DNA of 27,131 bases, taken from positions 1 through 27,131 of the forward strand of contig JBFMGU010000144.1 of NCBI GenBank assembly GCA_040752415.1, read 5' to 3'. The notes under the pieces are model-generated. The model was not told the DNA's origin and made no database searches. It saw only the letters and a program-made list of their open reading frames with translations. This document shows, in pieces, positions 26,023-27,131 of the stretch. The stretch's first letter is position 1, and the number at the start of each line of letters is the position of its first letter. This stretch comes from Myxococcota bacterium. GTDB taxonomy: Bacteria; Myxococcota; JACRCW01. A program made the position numbers and the translations under genes.

Positions 26023-27131
26023 CTAGCGCGCCGGCTTGAGATCCACCTTCACCTGGCCAGTCTGCTTGCCCCCCAGCGTCACCACGCTCTTCCACGCCTG
26101 ACATCCCGGCTGCATCACCTCCACGGTGAAGCGCGCTGCGGGGTCCACGCCCAGCAACAGCACGCGTCCCTCCCCCAGCGGAGCGCCGTCGAGGGTGATG
26201 CGCGCCCCGTCGGGGACGGCCAGGAGCAGCTTCCCGTCTCCCTTGCCCAGGCGGTGCGTGCGCAGCGGCGCGCCGGTGGCGTTGGTCTTGAGCACCGCGC
26301 GCCCGTCGGGGCCCACCTGCAGGCTCGCCTTCACGGAGTCGCCGCCGCGCGGGGCATCACCCATGCCGGTGTCCAACATGCGCGGCGCGGGCCCCCGACG
26401 CACCTCCCGCGTGGGCGAGCCCTCGGTCCATCCGTCGTCGGGAGCGGGGGTGGCGGGAGGCAGCTCCAGGTCATCCAGGCTGGGGCGGGGCGCCAGCGTG
26501 GTGTGCGCGTTCTCGTCGTCAGCGGGGGCGGCGCCGGGCTCTCCCTCCAGCGGCTCCAGGGTCAGCCCGATGTCCTCGGCGTTGGAGGGGCTGGCCCCGG
26601 CGGAGCTGTCCGAGCCCCAGATGTCATCCGCCACCGAACGCACGCTGGGACGCGGGGACTCCGCCTGCGCCACGCGCGGCATGGGGATGTTGCTGGTGCG
26701 TCTCTCCGCGGGCTCCTCGGCGTCGGCCGCCAGGATGGCCGCAATCACCGGGTCATCCAGCGGATCATCCCGCCGCGGCTCCTCGTCAGGCTCCTCCACC
26801 GTGCCCGGCACCGACGAGCTGGCGAAGGGATCCCCGTCCTCCGCCGCGGCGCTCCCCGCGGCCAGCTGCGCCCGCAGCTCCTCCACGAAGGACGGTCCCC
26901 CCAGCTGCGTGGCGTCGCTCTCCGCCGGCAAGGACATCTCCATCGTCGCCACGCCCTCCGAGTCCGCGCCCGCCAGGCGTCGACGCACCGCCTCCACGGC
27001 GCCGGGGCTGGACAGCCGGGTGGCCTGCTCCTCCAACGCGAGCGGGCCGGCCACCGCCAGGCGCGCCGCCTCGTCCAGCTCCAGCAGCTGCGTGCTGGCC
27101 GCCTCGTCGGCGGGCGCGGGGCGGGCGGGCG
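26023..27131 (-). CDS. 3' part of a gene that begins beyond the window: acidic/Pro-rich disordered region plus PEGA-like C-terminal domain
   Basis: Frame is open to the window edge; 'PDGARITLDG...VEVMQPGCQAWKSVVTL...VKVDL' PEGA-like pattern. Confidence 0.7.
   Translation of the reverse strand, partial: PARPAPADEAASTQLLELDEAARLAVAGPLALEEQATRLSSPGAVEAVRRRLAGADSEGVATMEMSLPAESDATQLGGPSFVEELRAQLAAGSAAAEDGDPFASSSVPGTVEEPDEEPRRDDPLDDPVIAAILAADAEEPAERRTSNIPMPRVAQAESPRPSVRSVADDIWGSDSSAGASPSNAEDIGLTLEPLEGEPGAAPADDENAHTTLAPRPSLDDLELPPATPAPDDGWTEGSPTREVRRGPAPRMLDTGMGDAPRGGDSVKASLQVGPDGRAVLKTNATGAPLRTHRLGKGDGKLLLAVPDGARITLDGAPLGEGRVLLLGVDPAARFTVEVMQPGCQAWKSVVTLGGKQTGQVKVDLKPAR

Overview
High-GC (about 70% by eye) bacterial DNA whose gene content suggests a myxobacterium or related deltaproteobacterium (inference). 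Left part: a START-like secreted protein, a membrane protein, argB-argC, a substrate-binding protein/histidine kinase/response regulator operon, a SWIM-SNF2 ATPase and an Rpn-like PD-(D/E)XK protein. The best candidate for an undescribed system is a two-gene unit at 12601-14522 (-). An RRE-radical SAM-SPASM maturase is followed 14 nt later by a 188-aa protein with a canonical EF-hand loop and five [VI]-x-T-G-C repeats, plus a sixth degenerate copy. This looks like a multi-core RiPP precursor or protein substrate. An M20 peptidase and a HAD hydrolase are transcribed divergently from it. To the right is a lower-GC island (about 16.4-21 kb) of Cys-rich lipoproteins and a metalloprotease with an HExxHxxGxxD motif. 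At 22281-22491, decayed copies of the 3' ends of both flanking genes are fused, showing two different cassettes stacked at one insertion hotspot. A Uma2 nuclease, an HhH lipoprotein, a membrane protein and a gene truncated by the window edge follow. All calls come from motif reading; no searches were run.
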